64,000 bases of DNA from Dicyema japonicum (Eukaryota > Animalia > Dicyemida), in assembly GCA_011109175.1 (NCBI GenBank), contig RDEW01000031.1:62001-126000 (forward strand), given 5' to 3'. The position numbers were made by a program, and so were the translations under genes. The notes under the pieces are model-generated. The model did not search any database, had not been told where the DNA came from, and saw nothing but the letters and a program-made list of their open reading frames with translations. Shown piece by piece: positions 36,712 through 49,104 of the stretch. Each line of letters opens with the position of its first letter. Positions within the stretch are counted from its first letter, which is position 1.

Positions 36712-36835
36712 CACATCGACGATGCTTCTGGGTTGATGAGTGACGCCTTCATCAATGTTTCATCACTGCGGAACGGGATTGTCTTCTGGGACTCACAGAC
36801 AAGAAAAATAAAATAACAATAAGTCACACACAAGT
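36712..36835 (+). mobile_element. SINE family 1 internal fragment (copy E)
   Basis: CATCGACGATGC...TTGATGAGTGACGCCTTCATCAA...TCACTGCGGAAC. Confidence 0.75.
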
Positions 36836-37250
36836 AGAATAAAACTATGAACATCTTCAATGCCTTGGATTACTTTGCATGACTGTTTTTACGTCATAAA
36901 TAAAGTGTAAGTTCTGCCTAAGCCGAGGTTTAACCAATGGAAGCATGACTACTCCTTGGCAGTAGGGCTGTTGTATATTCTTCAGCGAGGTTTCCCTAAT
37001 AGATGCAGAAAGTACTACAAGAGATGCTTGCCATAACGTTACTTTATGTATTATAATTACTCGTATAGTGTTGTTTAAGTCTATAGCAGAGTGTATCTCG
37101 AAGTGAGTACTTGAAAATAGACTAGACAATATTCCAATAAGATAAATTTTTATAACTAATTAAGTCAAAAAAATGTAAATTGAAACAGTGACAAAAAATT
37201 TAAAGTATATTATTTAAACTATTGCCTTTAAAACGAAAAGACAAAATCAT

Positions 37251-37886
37251 TCAAGGATAACTCAACTGCTTTTTTCTTTTAGGACCATTTGTTTGAGAAG
37301 TAAATAACTCTGAACCCGATGAAAATAAACTACCCACACCTGATGATGACTTTTTTTTGTAATGTGGGTTCATAAAGCCGTTAGTCGGGTAGTTAATGTG
37401 AGAATTATAGCCTGGTATGTATTTCCGCTTGAAACTTTCATCAATTGTAAAATTAATTGGATATTTTGCATTTGAGTCACTTCTACTTGCAAACAATCTT
37501 GAATTAACGACGTTTTTGAGGGAAACAAAACCAGAATCATCAGAACTCGAGTTAAAAATAAATTGGTCCGTTGTATTTTGATAATTTTGATGAATTGGAC
37601 AAATACTGGAGTTACATGAGCTTTCTTCAGAGCTTTCTTGTACCTTTGATATTTTATGAAGTATTCTCATACTTTCAAGCCCTATTTCTGACCGACGTAT
37701 TGGCTTATTACGAATTTTCCATCCCAAAGTTGAAACTACATGGCTTCCAAAAGAGGATGAATGGTTGCAAACATTTTTGAATTGATTTCTCTCATAATTT
37801 GACGACGTAAAACCGAAAAACGGACTGAACATTATGTTTAGAAAAGCGAAATCGAATTTATAAAACAACGCGAAGTGGCGTTTCAT
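37251..37886 (-). CDS. Intronless orphan Ser-rich protein, 211 aa
   Basis: Long uninterrupted ORF in AT-rich DNA; contains DSGFVS and C-terminal PKRKK; no family recognised. Confidence 0.55.
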   Translation of the reverse strand: MKRHFALFYKFDFAFLNIMFSPFFGFTSSNYERNQFKNVCNHSSSFGSHVVSTLGWKIRNKPIRRSEIGLESMRILHKISKVQESSEESSCNSSICPIHQNYQNTTDQFIFNSSSDDSGFVSLKNVVNSRLFASRSDSNAKYPINFTIDESFKRKYIPGYNSHINYPTNGFMNPHYKKKSSSGVGSLFSSGSELFTSQTNGPKRKKQLSYP

Positions 37887-38024
37887 CCGTTAAAGTTGAT
37901 TGTTAGACATGAATGTGTTATGTTAATGACTTTGATCTTTATGAAAATATGACTCTTAAAATTGAACTGAATTAATTTGGAATGATTAACTATCTTCTTC
38001 TATAATAACAGTTATCGATTATGA

Positions 38025-38295
38025 TGGTGGTGCAGTGTAATGGGTGCCAGGCCTGATGACCTGAATCCCGCTGCTGTAATTTTTGGCTGAAGGTTTTACG
38101 CATTTAATGCTTTGGCTTGACAAGTGACGCCGTCATCAGTGAACATTTCACTGCGGAACCGGATCCTCTACATAGAAGTAAAGACTTGGTTCTCCTCAAT
38201 GATTAGTTATGATAACTATTCTTCACTTAAATAAAGTGTGTGTCTTAACTTGTAGGAGCTATAGCTAATATGGCTCTTCGTAAAGTGCATTATTA
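38025..38295 (+). mobile_element. tRNA-derived SINE family 1, copy D (second subfamily)
   Basis: Body homology to copies A-C; 13-bp TSD TTATCGATTATGA (38012-24 / 38296-308). Confidence 0.9.
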
Positions 38296-38479
38296 TTATC
38301 GATTATGAATAACCTTAACGTGCGAGGATCAAAGTAATTATTAATATCTGACATCAAGGTTTAGTAGTTTAGCACAAAAATTATTAAATCAAAGTGATTA
38401 TTCAATCTAGAGACATTGTGGTTTATGACTAAATTTATTTATTGTTGAAACAGAATAAACTAAACAAAAAAATCATACA

Positions 38480-39040
38480 GCGTCCACCCTGACAGCGTGG
38501 CTATTCCCTCTCAGGATGGCGAGCGAGATTCGCTTAAATAGCCAGTAGCACTCACGGGGATCGCCTGTTCATGCAGAAATCCGATTCCCTAGACGACTAA
38601 AAAGTCCAGCGTCGCAGGCGCAAGGAAATCAGAGTGGAACAAAAAAAGTCATTGGTAGGACCGTGTACTTTGCCTGTTTCAACCTCTCGGCCTTCTCAGC
38701 GGCAGAACAGACTCCAGAGGCACTCTGGACAGTCACGCCTGCAAAGACTGACTGGTTCGAGCATAGAAGGGTGCTCGGTGTCGTCCAAAGCTCCCCTAAC
38801 GACTTAGTTCAAGGTCATGTGTCTGGGAGATCTGCTCGCACTCCTCTTGCAGGAGAGAGGGTGTAGGTCAAAACAGTCAATCTGGTCTCCGCATCGGTAT
38901 GAATGCGACACACAGACTTTTAATCCGAGTCATATAATACGGATACATTCATTGTCCAGAAAGTTACCAAAAATTCCATTAGGAATGGCGTTGAGCAAGG
39001 CACTGCTTCTCGGAAGACACCCCTGACAATAAACAAGCAC
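38480..39040 (-). mobile_element. CRE-clade 3' portion
   Basis: SALLNAIPNGIFGNFLDNECIRI, RCGDQID...HPLSCKRSASRSPRH, TGDPRECYWLFKRISLAILRGNSHA. Confidence 0.85.
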
Positions 39041-39520
39041 GACGATGTTGGTTAGATGATACCAGAAGATCTTCAAATGACTTCCGGAATCGTCCAGACC
39101 CCTTTGAGAGATCATGGAAGGTTGGGAATACTTATTGGTACGGCTCCAGACCTCACGAGCATGATCCAAGTCCTAGATGTAAATAATTCAGGGAGTGTAG
39201 AATCCTCTTGACAAGGTGTTACAAACCATTAGCGACTAGAGATATGCAGGGAGAGAAATGTCTACAGAGATCCGGATTCCAAGCCCTCAAGTCTGACAGG
39301 AAATGTGGCCTGCTTCAATGAGTATTCCTCAAACTGGACGATGAAGATACTCTCCGCTGTTGAACGTGAGATCCCGTCAATGTGTGCAATTTGGTCGCAT
39401 TGATTGAAATGAGGATCAGTCCTCTGGACATATGCAAGCCTCTGTACGTTGAGGCTGTTTTTTAGGAGGAATAATGATGTATACAAAAGTGGTGATTAGT
39501 CTCCTTGAGTAACAGCCGTT
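39040..39520 (-). mobile_element. LINE RT fragment
   Basis: VKTAVTQGD*SPLLY...LAY (RT domains 4-5). Confidence 0.6.
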
Positions 39521-40064
39521 TTTACCTTATATTTCTCCCCATTACACGTATGGTGATTAAAAATCCGACACAAGTCCATCCAGCACCTGCTTAAAAAGTG
39601 GAAAACGTCCATTCCTCGCATTTGTGGGAACTCCTCCATGGATTGAGCGAGAGAAAATAATCTTTTTACGTACCACCCGGGCACTGAGCTCCACCTGAGA
39701 GAGATGGATCAGATGACGCCAGTCTATTCGAAAAGGGAAAATGATAAACAGAAGAGACAAACAAAAATCATCAATCAAGTAGCCAGTCACATAGCACCAC
39801 GCGGCTAATTCCCCAATATTAAATTAATTCCAAAGACCAATGGTAGCCAAACTAACTAGCACCTTGATCCTGACTAATTCCAGCATTTCCAGAGCTTGTC
39901 TCCAGGTAACGACATTGTCCCACGGAGAAGAATGCTTGGATCCTCTTGATGCCGGGCCAGGCATTGGGCGTATCCTCAGTAAGGTGGATCCAATGACGCC
40001 ATCAGAAGAAAGGAAAATCATTTACGGGCAACTAGCCACATAGCACCACATGGCACCACGCGGC
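39520..40064 (-). mobile_element. Two head-to-tail copies of family 2 (39520-39805 and 39825-40064)
   Basis: Both start GCCGCGTGG on the minus strand and share the GGCGTCA...GATCC...TGCC..GG(C/T)A core. Confidence 0.75.
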
Positions 40065-40849
40065 ATAATCGCGAAAATATTTAATCCAATTAAACGGTTT
40101 GTAAATAGTTTTTTTCTATATTTTTAAAAAATTTTTATTTCATGAATAATCATATAATTAAAAAAAACTTGTTAAGTTGAGTTAACCGGATCACATAATT
40201 AAATTGTTATTCCTTCTTTCTTGATGTTCCCTTTTCGGGGTTAGATAAAATAATAATAAGTTGAGTTAACAGTTAAATGTTTGTCCTGTCTGTGCGGAGC
40301 TATATGTAATGCTGTTAAAAAATTAAGTTAGTGAACCGCCCTTGAGTCTCTGAATAAAAATACTGAAACTTACTGACACTACACATAAAGTGGACACAAG
40401 AGACCATACGTCCTGTATTTCTCTTCCCTATCTAATCTGTGACAAAACAAAATTACCTTATATAAGACAAGATTTTATAAGTTATTAATATTTGCAGGCG
40501 TACACAACAGATTGAGAGCTACCCCTCTGATCACCAGTCCAATTTCTAGTTTCTGGAAATGGCAACGTGGCGTCAAATAATTCTTCTAATGTGACCAGTG
40601 CCAATGGGCATGAAAAAAAACCAAGTTATTTCTTATTTCGTCATATCATGGGGTAACTCCTTTCTTACCTGATCTGTTGGCTGTGTCTGACATTTTGCAA
40701 TTGAATGTAAATCAAAAGCAAAGTATTAGGGTTGCCCGTCCTAATGACTTTTCATAGACTGGACATGGCAGTAATTTATGAAATAAAACTCTCCAATTTA
40801 ACATCCGCACTTTCCTAGGTAAGTAATAGTTTGAAAAAATTCGTGACAA

Positions 40850-41800
40850 GGAGCTCTGGTTTGTTTGGTTTTTTCGGTAAAACCTTTAGAATCTGCCAAA
40901 AAGGGGCCTGGGAAATTCTGTCGGATTCGTGAGGCAAATTAAATGGTTCAAAATTAATGTTATTAAAAGTCCTGGTTTTATTCAGGCTAGTTTCTCTTTT
41001 GTGCTTAATGTAAAAAAATTTTGGAGAAGCTCATTTTTCTGAATGTCAAGCATGGATTCCAAAATAATCATCTGGGTGACTTCTTTCGGGCGACTTCTTC
41101 GCTACTAGTCATCTCATCACTATGGTGACTTTTTTCGCTCTGGCTTCTCCCACATGCCCGGACATCAGAAAACCATATTATACTTAGTTGTCATCTGCAA
41201 AGCCTTAGATTCCAATCCAAAAAAAATCTTACTTGGATAATTTTTCATACAGGTATTTCTGGGAATTTAAAACTCTAGTTAGTTAATTTTCTTAGCGGCC
41301 GGAGGAAACATTCGATTAGTCTCCGGCCATTTCTCAATGGGGTACCTCAAAGTTATCCCTACTGCTTTTCAGTTTATTCGTGGCTGAAATTCCGATTCGG
41401 AGAGAAAATCGATCTTCTCTTGGCTTATACAGATGAAATCGTTTAAGCATCACGGGAACAGATAACCAGACTGACATTGAGAGAATAAAAAACCTTTCAT
41501 TTCCTATGCATGCGCTTCATTTTGGTCTTGATCTCTTAGACTAGTGCTCAGATAACACAAAAAATGACTTTTGGATGAAAGAGAAGTGGTCTACAGACAA
41601 AAAGAACATGATACCGACACCTTTGGATATCCTAATCTGAAGGAATAACAGAGGGAGTCTGATTCAATGTGATCAAAAGACAACCCGACCCCAATGAACT
41701 TGTGTGGAATCAAAAAAGGAGCATCGAACCAAGCTGTAAGCCTGGATCAAATTCGTCCGAGTCACTTAGTTTGTTTTTTTTGAATTAGCGGTAGTCTTGG
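40850..41800 (+). mobile_element. Heavily decayed LINE RT
   Basis: ICKALDS, NGVPQS, LAYTDE remnants. Confidence 0.55.
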
Positions 41801-42330
41801 AATAATAAATTTAGAAATTCTGAAATCATTTAAATCTTAATTTCGCTGCTTAAATTTCCTGATTTCTAACTTTTCGAAATTTTTTCAATTTTCTAAAATT
41901 CCGTTTCATTACAAACAACAATATAAATAAATGACATTCTTAATCAGATTGAGAATAAAAATATTAAATTATTTTGAAAATTAAAAAAAATCCGGCTGAA
42001 AATTGTGGTGGATTCGAAATTTTACTAAGGAAAATTTACTTTTCAGTAAGAAAGTGGATGTAGATTGTCATTCCCAAATATTTTCTATTGTATCTTATGA
42101 CTGTGTGAGGAAAACGGAACATTGGAGGAATTCTCTACAAGTTCTCTCTTACATGCAATACGGCCTACCTTTATGAATGTCTACATTCTACCCAAAGGGC
42201 CATGACTCCCTTCATATATTACCAAAATATCGAGGCTATGTGAAATAAAGAACATTGTCATATGAGGAGATCCGAACGGTAAACATCCACAATTTCTCAG
42301 AACCAAATATATGAATAGCTGATGGGATTT

Positions 42331-42471
42331 CATCCTCAGCTCTCTCAATGACCTAATCATCTTATTTCATCCTCAAATCTCTCGATGACCTTATCATCTT
42401 TTTTCATCATCAAATCTCTCGATGACCTTATCATCTTTTTTCATCCTCAAATCTCTCGATGACCTTATCTT
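42331..42471. repeat. 37-bp minisatellite, about 3.8 copies
   Basis: Unit CATCCTCAAATCTCTCGATGACCTTATCATCTTTTTT. Confidence 0.9.
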
Positions 42472-43606
42472 CAATAACCCACACTATTATACAACGACTC
42501 CTTAGCGAATTGCTGATACACTCTCATCCTCTGATATTACGTTCTGTTCTCCCTCATTGATGAGACTTAATGTCAGGCTTGGCTTCTCAAGTGATAAGCA
42601 AACTTGGCGGGCTTCACTAAAATATGTGGATTCCCAATTTTCTAGGATGCGGGTGACAATATCACAGTTGATAAAGCAGCAAATATTCTTATCAATACCA
42701 TCCTCCAGCGGATAAACTATTCATCCCCTATCATTGTACATGGAATTCATTCTCAGACTATGCTTACACACGCTGCCCTCATATAAACACACGCCTCCTT
42801 TATATGGAAACTTTTAATTTGATGCTTCAACCACAAGAGTTGATGCAATTAGTTTTGGAAAATTCTGAAACGCATCAAAACGCACTACAAGTTGAGGATC
42901 ATCAACAGTGCATGTGACACATAATGTTTTAGATAATTTAAGTGATGAGTTTGTGATTTCAGAGCAAATGGAGGATACAGTTTATTGTTTGACTCAAGAA
43001 TCTATTGAAAATTCACGTAATTCGATTTAAAATCTAATTCCCAATCAGACAATTTGTTACCGAATGCGACAAGAATCGCGTTGAGGTAGTTTTAAATATT
43101 TTAATTTAATAGATAAAAAACTCGAAAAGAAAAATATCGACTGTAGGAATGGCTAGACTAAAAAAATAGTTACTTAAATTAATTATTCTTTGTGGTTAAT
43201 AAATCAATAATGAAATTAATCGAAGTTAATCTTAGTTCAAGGTTAAGTAACGACCATAGGTATCGCGTGACCCATGTGACATCTACCACAACATACATGT
43301 CAACTCTATCCCAATTTATTATCGACGATTTTAATTCTCCAAGACTCCGTATGTGAAATTTTCGGTTCTTTTATATTCACTTGAATCAATGCTCAATAAT
43401 CACTAGATCGGAAGCGTTGAGACCTACCTTAATGACGATGCTGTCCGCATTGGTATCTCCATCATACTTGGACTGGAGATACTCCAGACTCACAAGTGCC
43501 GATGCGTTGGTATCGTTAACTGTTATGGACATCATGCCATTTCTTGCCAAAGATGCACAGGAAGATTCGCAAAACATAGGGCGATAAACGGAATTACACT
43601 CAATTT

Positions 43607-43667
43607 CATAAATGTTGACCCAATTCCCATAAATGTTGTCCCAATTCCCATAAATGATGTCCAAGTT
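43607..43667. repeat. 21-bp tandem repeat x3
   Basis: CATAAATGTTG(A/T)CCCAATTCC. Confidence 0.85.
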
Positions 43668-43759
43668 ATATATATAAATAATACACAAGTAAATCTATAT
43701 TTTAAAATTTTAATTTTTTAGATTTGTTAATCAACTAATACAGATATGAGAAGTCGCAA

Positions 43760-44070
43760 GGTTTTTATGAACGAAAGTCTATTTATCACTTCGATCAGTA
43801 AAAAGAGTTTGAATAGGTGTATACAAAAGTGTTACAACATTTTATTTACCCCCTTATTCAACTGACTTGAACCCAATTGAAAACTTTTTTTCTTGTGTGA
43901 AATCTCGCCTAAATGTAATTAGACCAAGAGTAACTGTAAGAGGAGAATTGCTAACAACTATCGGATTTGTTATGAGTGGTGTCGAAACCGAGAATTTGTC
44001 CTCATATTACAGTTTTTGGGAAAGGGTAAATGGAATACAACAGTTTTTGGGAAAGGGTAAATGGAATTAA
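43760..44070 (+). mobile_element. Tc1/IS630-type DDE transposase C-terminal remnant
   Basis: YLPPYSTDLNPIENFFSCVKSRL; 31-bp tandem duplication at the end. Confidence 0.82.
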
Positions 44071-44124
44071 TAACAGATTAATTGAATAAAATACTTTTTT
44101 CCTAAATTATTTATTAGTATAATA

Positions 44125-44520
44125 TATGTAATCTGTTGTCTGCTGGATACTCCTCCATACTAGAACCGGTCGTCCTGGACAGAAGAGACGGAAATTGGCC
44201 GGACGGAATTACAATTTTCGTTTGCGGTGAGAAAACCAGTGGTATGAGATGTGCATCGACCCCATTTTTTTCTCGATATCGTCGAGAGTGCGGTAGAAGG
44301 GTTGTACGCCATGGAAAAAGCTGAGAAGGCCAAGGGAAAGAAATACGAAGGGCTTATAGAGTTCACACTCTGAGCTGCCGATGTTGAGATAACTGGAGAA
44401 ATTAGCGGGAAATTGGTTCATTTCTTCAAGAAAATTGGACTTTAAATATTTGAGAACGTCTCTGTTAACAAACCAGCCACACCCGAAGTCTCAAATTCAA
44501 TTGGGACGAAGCAGAAACGA
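44125..44520 (+). mobile_element. CRE-clade 3' fragment
   Basis: LEPVVLDRRDGNWPDGITIF, AEKAKGKKYEGL. Confidence 0.8.
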
Positions 44521-44891
44521 TTCCTAAGTGAGAGATGTACTGGGTATCATATTTGTCAGGAAAAAGTAATAATACAAGTGACATCATATAACGAGAGAAC
44601 GTTCTTATGTAAATGAGAAGATCATAATCGTCAGTTTTCCAAGTCGAAACTTGATAAAGTCACGCTATCGAGAAGTCCTCCGTATGTTGAATTCCCAGAA
44701 GGAATATCCATCAAACCCCTACTTACGTAAGGATCGATCTGAAACGTGGAACCTGTTTTCTTCGTGATTGGGAAGAGTGTGGAAATCCGCTAAAAGGTCA
44801 CTCGAAATTAATAATCGTTACAATAATTGAATTTTCAGAAAAAAATAATAAATTGAAAATAACCAATGGAATTTTGCGGTTAAAATTTAAA

Positions 44892-45566
44892 TTAGCTAAT
44901 TTTGAGTTTATTTGAATAAAATTTCTTAACTGATTCTGAGATAATTAGTAAGGGAAGAAAAAGCCAAAGTGAGTTTGCAAAGACGAAATCATTCCAAAAA
45001 TGATTAGGATCCTCCATGTTAAGACAATATTTAAAATTGGCCAAATAATGGGAAAATACGTTAATAAAAGTTGTCATGAATTGAATCAACGTTGTCACAA
45101 ATTGTACCGCATAAATTTTAGAGTTTCCAAAAATCAAAAGAGTCAAACAAATTAAAGTTAATGGACCAGCAAAAAGAAATAAGAGTGTCTCTAGAAAATA
45201 TATGACAGGATCATATCTAAGTAGTTTTAGAATAATTAAACATTAGATAGCGAGAATCAGCGATCGCAAATTCCTTCCCTAAAATTATAAATAATTACTA
45301 CATATTTGTGCGATTATTGTGGAATGACCTTTTAAACTTGAATGATAAATAACATAATAGCTTTGGAGAAGGAAATGAGTACATCCTGAAAGCAAAAACC
45401 AAATTGTTTTATATTTTTTGAAGCCCTTAAGTTTATAATAGTCCGCTAAAATCCAGCCGAAAATGATAATTATTACATAGGAAGTAACTAAATACAAATT
45501 TAACTGATCCCGAGATAATGTATTTTGAACAAAGCCTTCCAAGTTTTCAAAATAATTTTTTTTCAT
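44892..45566 (-). CDS. EBP: Emopamil-binding protein family (sterol delta8-delta7 isomerase-like), 3 coding exons
   Basis: WFLLSGCTHFLLQ, IWKEFAIADSRYL (23-nt intron splits the W codon), FLETL..FAGPL, FWNDFVFANSLWLFLP; could be EBP or EBPL. Confidence 0.85.
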
Positions 45567-45699
45567 TTGTGTGTATTCTGAACGTATGTTATAGTTTTTA
45601 CAATCAAAAATATAGCAAATTAAATTAATAAATTAAATTTTTATTTATTTAAAATTATTTTTTTTATTTTTTATATGAATTAATAATTATTCAACGAAT

Positions 45700-46395
45700 A
45701 CACAGCTCGGCTACTGCTACAACTTAATCCTGTTACAACTTTCATCAGGACTACACTCAACTACGATTCACCAAGTTGGGCCCCCTCAATCTCCTTGTCC
45801 CTTTCTCAAACTGCAGAAAGTGCAAAACTCGGCGCTGAGAATAATAACTGGCTGCTTAAAGTCAACCCCACCGACCATTTACATTGGAGTCGAAAATCCT
45901 CCTGCTCTATGACCACCTGGAAATGCGTAATTACAATTCCTACGGCAGTCGTTCGACCCGAATCACCCAGTTCACGCTCTGCTAAGTAACAATAACTGCA
46001 GATACATACGCAGGACCCTCTTTGACCTACAAAGAGCCTTGTCGAAGATCACCCCCCTCAAGAAGACTCAACTTGGACCCGCCGAATCCATGATTTCATC
46101 TCAACACGGGCCATTAGGACACTTCAATATAACAAAGTCTTGGAGCGCTTCCCCCTGATATCAGTCCAACGGAAACAATCGCTCCCGAAGAAGATCAGAA
46201 TCGGACTGGCTCGCCTACGATGTGAACACCACCCTTTTCTGGCTGGCAAAGTAGTTCGGGACCTTTTTCCCTGCCCTGGACCACCGGATGCAAAAGTCGA
46301 GGATCTCTGGGAGCGGCCTGTCCGGACTGCACGCTCTCTGATGGTCGCCGGCTTCCCACTTGCTGGCGAAGCCGGGGTTAATAATTTAATTTAAT
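45700..46395 (+). mobile_element. 3' end of an Ingi/I-group LINE
   Basis: LARLRCEHHPFL...CPGPP...DLWERPVRTARSL then an (AATTT)-rich tail. Confidence 0.65.
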
Positions 46396-46399
46396 TTAC

Positions 46400-49060
46400 A
46401 ACTTAATCCCCCTTGGCTGAATGGGTTGCTGATAATTCTCGCCGGTGACATTGAACTTAATCCAGGCCCTCCACTCTCAATTCTGCAGATAAACATCAAC
46501 GAAATCAAAAGCAAAATTCTCGAACTACGGTCTTTCATTAAATAACAGAACATTGACCTGATTTTACTTCAAGAAAGCAGACTTACTCCATCATCACCTA
46601 CCTCGCATTTCCAGGATACCATTGCATCCGTCTGGACCGCTCAAACCGTCGTGGTGGGGGTCTCCTCGTCCCTATAAGAAATAGCATTCGATTTACGGAC
46701 ATATCAGCAAAACTAAATTCATTAACTAACGATGGACCACGGAAATATCTGGAATATCCATTACAAGCGCATTCGGGACTCTCAAATTTACAAACATCTA
46801 CGTCTCCCCTCCATCTTCTTGCCCAAAAGGATTCTCTCTAAACCTAACCAAGTTAAACAAGCTCGGAAACCTGATACAGTGTGGAGATTTCAATGCTAAA
46901 CATCCTGCCTGGTTAAAATCACATCCAGCAGACTCAAGAGGATTATCCTTATTAAACAAACTCACCTATCTGACTATCCTCAACAACTCCAGGAAGCACA
47001 CTAGGACTCCTTACAAGGAAAACGAAGCTTCAACGTCCCCAGACATTACCTTCTGTTCCCCAAACCTTGTACCGGACACATCTTGGACATGCATTATGGA
47101 TTATTTTCCTCCCACAATCCAATCATTATTCGAATCAAAAAAGTTCTTTACCACAGAAAAGAGACTGTTTTATTTTTCAACTATAAAAAAGCAAACTGGA
47201 ATGACTATTCAAAATTATCGATCAAGCTTTAGTAAACTTTGATATGATATTCCTTTCAATAGATATAGCTATTGACTTTCTAAACAAAATTATTCTCATG
47301 GCGCGGAGAACATTCATTCCGCGTAGATCATTTAAATTCTACAATGAAAAACTTGATCAGAACACCAAATCATTAATTAAAGAAAAGAATCGCCTGAAAA
47401 GACATGTACCTTCCTTTTCCGGACAGAAAAATCAAACAAAAACTCTCAATGACGAAATATCTAAAAGGATTAAAAAACTGAAGCCAACAGATGGGACAAA
47501 CTAATATCTTCCCTTCCATTTCAGAAATCTGGTCAGACAATATGGAGAGAAATTAAACAATTTGGTCCAAAGGGAAATTTTAAAAGACAACAGACGGATC
47601 AGCACAGTCTTAACAAGCTCATGAAATATTACGCCAGTCCTCAGGACATATGCAAGCCTCTGTACGTTGAGGCTGTTCTTTAGGAGGAATAATGATGTAT
47701 CCTTGGTATTTTACTAAAACACCTTGGACCTATTGCGATTGATACAATCACAGTGATTTTCAACTATTCAATAACATGAATACAATTCCAACTATCTGAA
47801 AAATGTCCTATATACGCCCAATCCTTAAGCCTGGCAAGCCTAAAAACAATCCTGCATCATTTTGAACAGTCTCTTTACTATGCACCTTATCAAAGTTATT
47901 GTAAAAATTGATTCTTAACCTAATAACTTCGTCCCTTCCTTTTTCGTTCTCACAACATGGATTTAGAAGGGGTCATTCAACTTCTACCCACCTAACTTCC
48001 CTTAACCAATTTATCATTGAAGGCTTTAACAAAAATCCTCGTCACCTCAAAACAGTCGTTTGCTCGATCGATTTACAAAAGACCTTCGACTCTGTCTCAC
48101 GGAAAATCCTAACTTGGAAATTGTTTGTTCTCCTTGTCAACTCCAATATAAAACTTTGGCTTGCTAACTTCATAAATGGAAGAAGGGCCCGGGTATACAT
48201 GGATGGGATCAAATCAATTTCAAGATTACTACCCAATAATATCCCACAAGGTTCCCCTTTATCACCCGCCTTATTTAACTTATACATGTCCGATTTACCA
48301 CAACCCAATAATAAAGACGATTTCATCCTATCATATGCTGATGACTTATTAATCGGATCCTGCGATCAAGATATCCCATGGGCATCAGAAAGACTACAAG
48401 AATACCTTCACAGGATTCAAATTTTGATAAATTATAACCGGCTTGATATATCTACTGAAAAATCTTCTTCGTCTTTATTTACCTCAGACAAACGACTTGG
48501 ACAAATGACAGTGGATATATTTATCAACCAGACAAAAATACCTTTCACTAAGAAACTAAAAATCTTGGGATCACCTTCGACACACCCTTTTCATCTCATG
48601 TCGACGCTGTCTCTGGAAGCTGCTCAAGAAAGCTAGGGATAATCAAAACTATTTTCGGTGGCATTAAAACCCCTTTCCCAGCTTTGAAATTGTTGTACAA
48701 ACAATACATTGAGTCATCTGTCAGCTATGCTTGTACGTCATGGGGAATCAATTTTTCCTGGACGAACAAACAAAGAATCCGGGACATTCAGGCCTTAACA
48801 GCCACTACTATTAGTAATCTCGAGAAACTAGTAAAACTAATACCCTCATCACTTGAAGTGGAAAGAAATTTGCTACCCTGTGCAAGCAGTGCAACTCTCA
48901 ACAATACACAGTCACGACGTGTCTTATGAGAAGGGTATACATCACCCCTCTCCAATTCCTATTCCCGTAACCACCCCGCCCACAGAGAAGTTGTGTTGGA
49001 TCCCAGAAGCGCACGAGGAGAAAATGAGAATTCTGATTGAGGCCTTCGAGATCACTTAAT
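46400..49060 (+). mobile_element. Near-complete decayed APE-RT LINE ORF (Ingi/I-group) with an N-terminal 2A-like motif
   Basis: LLIILAGDIELNPGP (46426-46470), ILQININ, DLILLQES, GDFNAKHPAW, IDLQKTFDSV, PQGSPLSPALFNLY, SYADD. Confidence 0.9.
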
Positions 49061-49104
49061 TAATTTATAATTAAATTAACTATTGGTGTTCTTGGGTTAA
49101 TAAT

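Noticed and set aside
38050-38060. Hammerhead core CTGATGA in SINE copy D
   Set aside because: Not conserved in the other copies and no matching GAAA/stem arrangement.
40727-40740. hAT-like terminus TAGGGTTGCC
   Set aside because: No matching second TIR, 8-bp TSD or transposase found nearby.
42331-42471. Coding KDDKVIERFEDE repeat
   Set aside because: The unit is 37 nt, not a multiple of three, and the surrounding frames contain stops.
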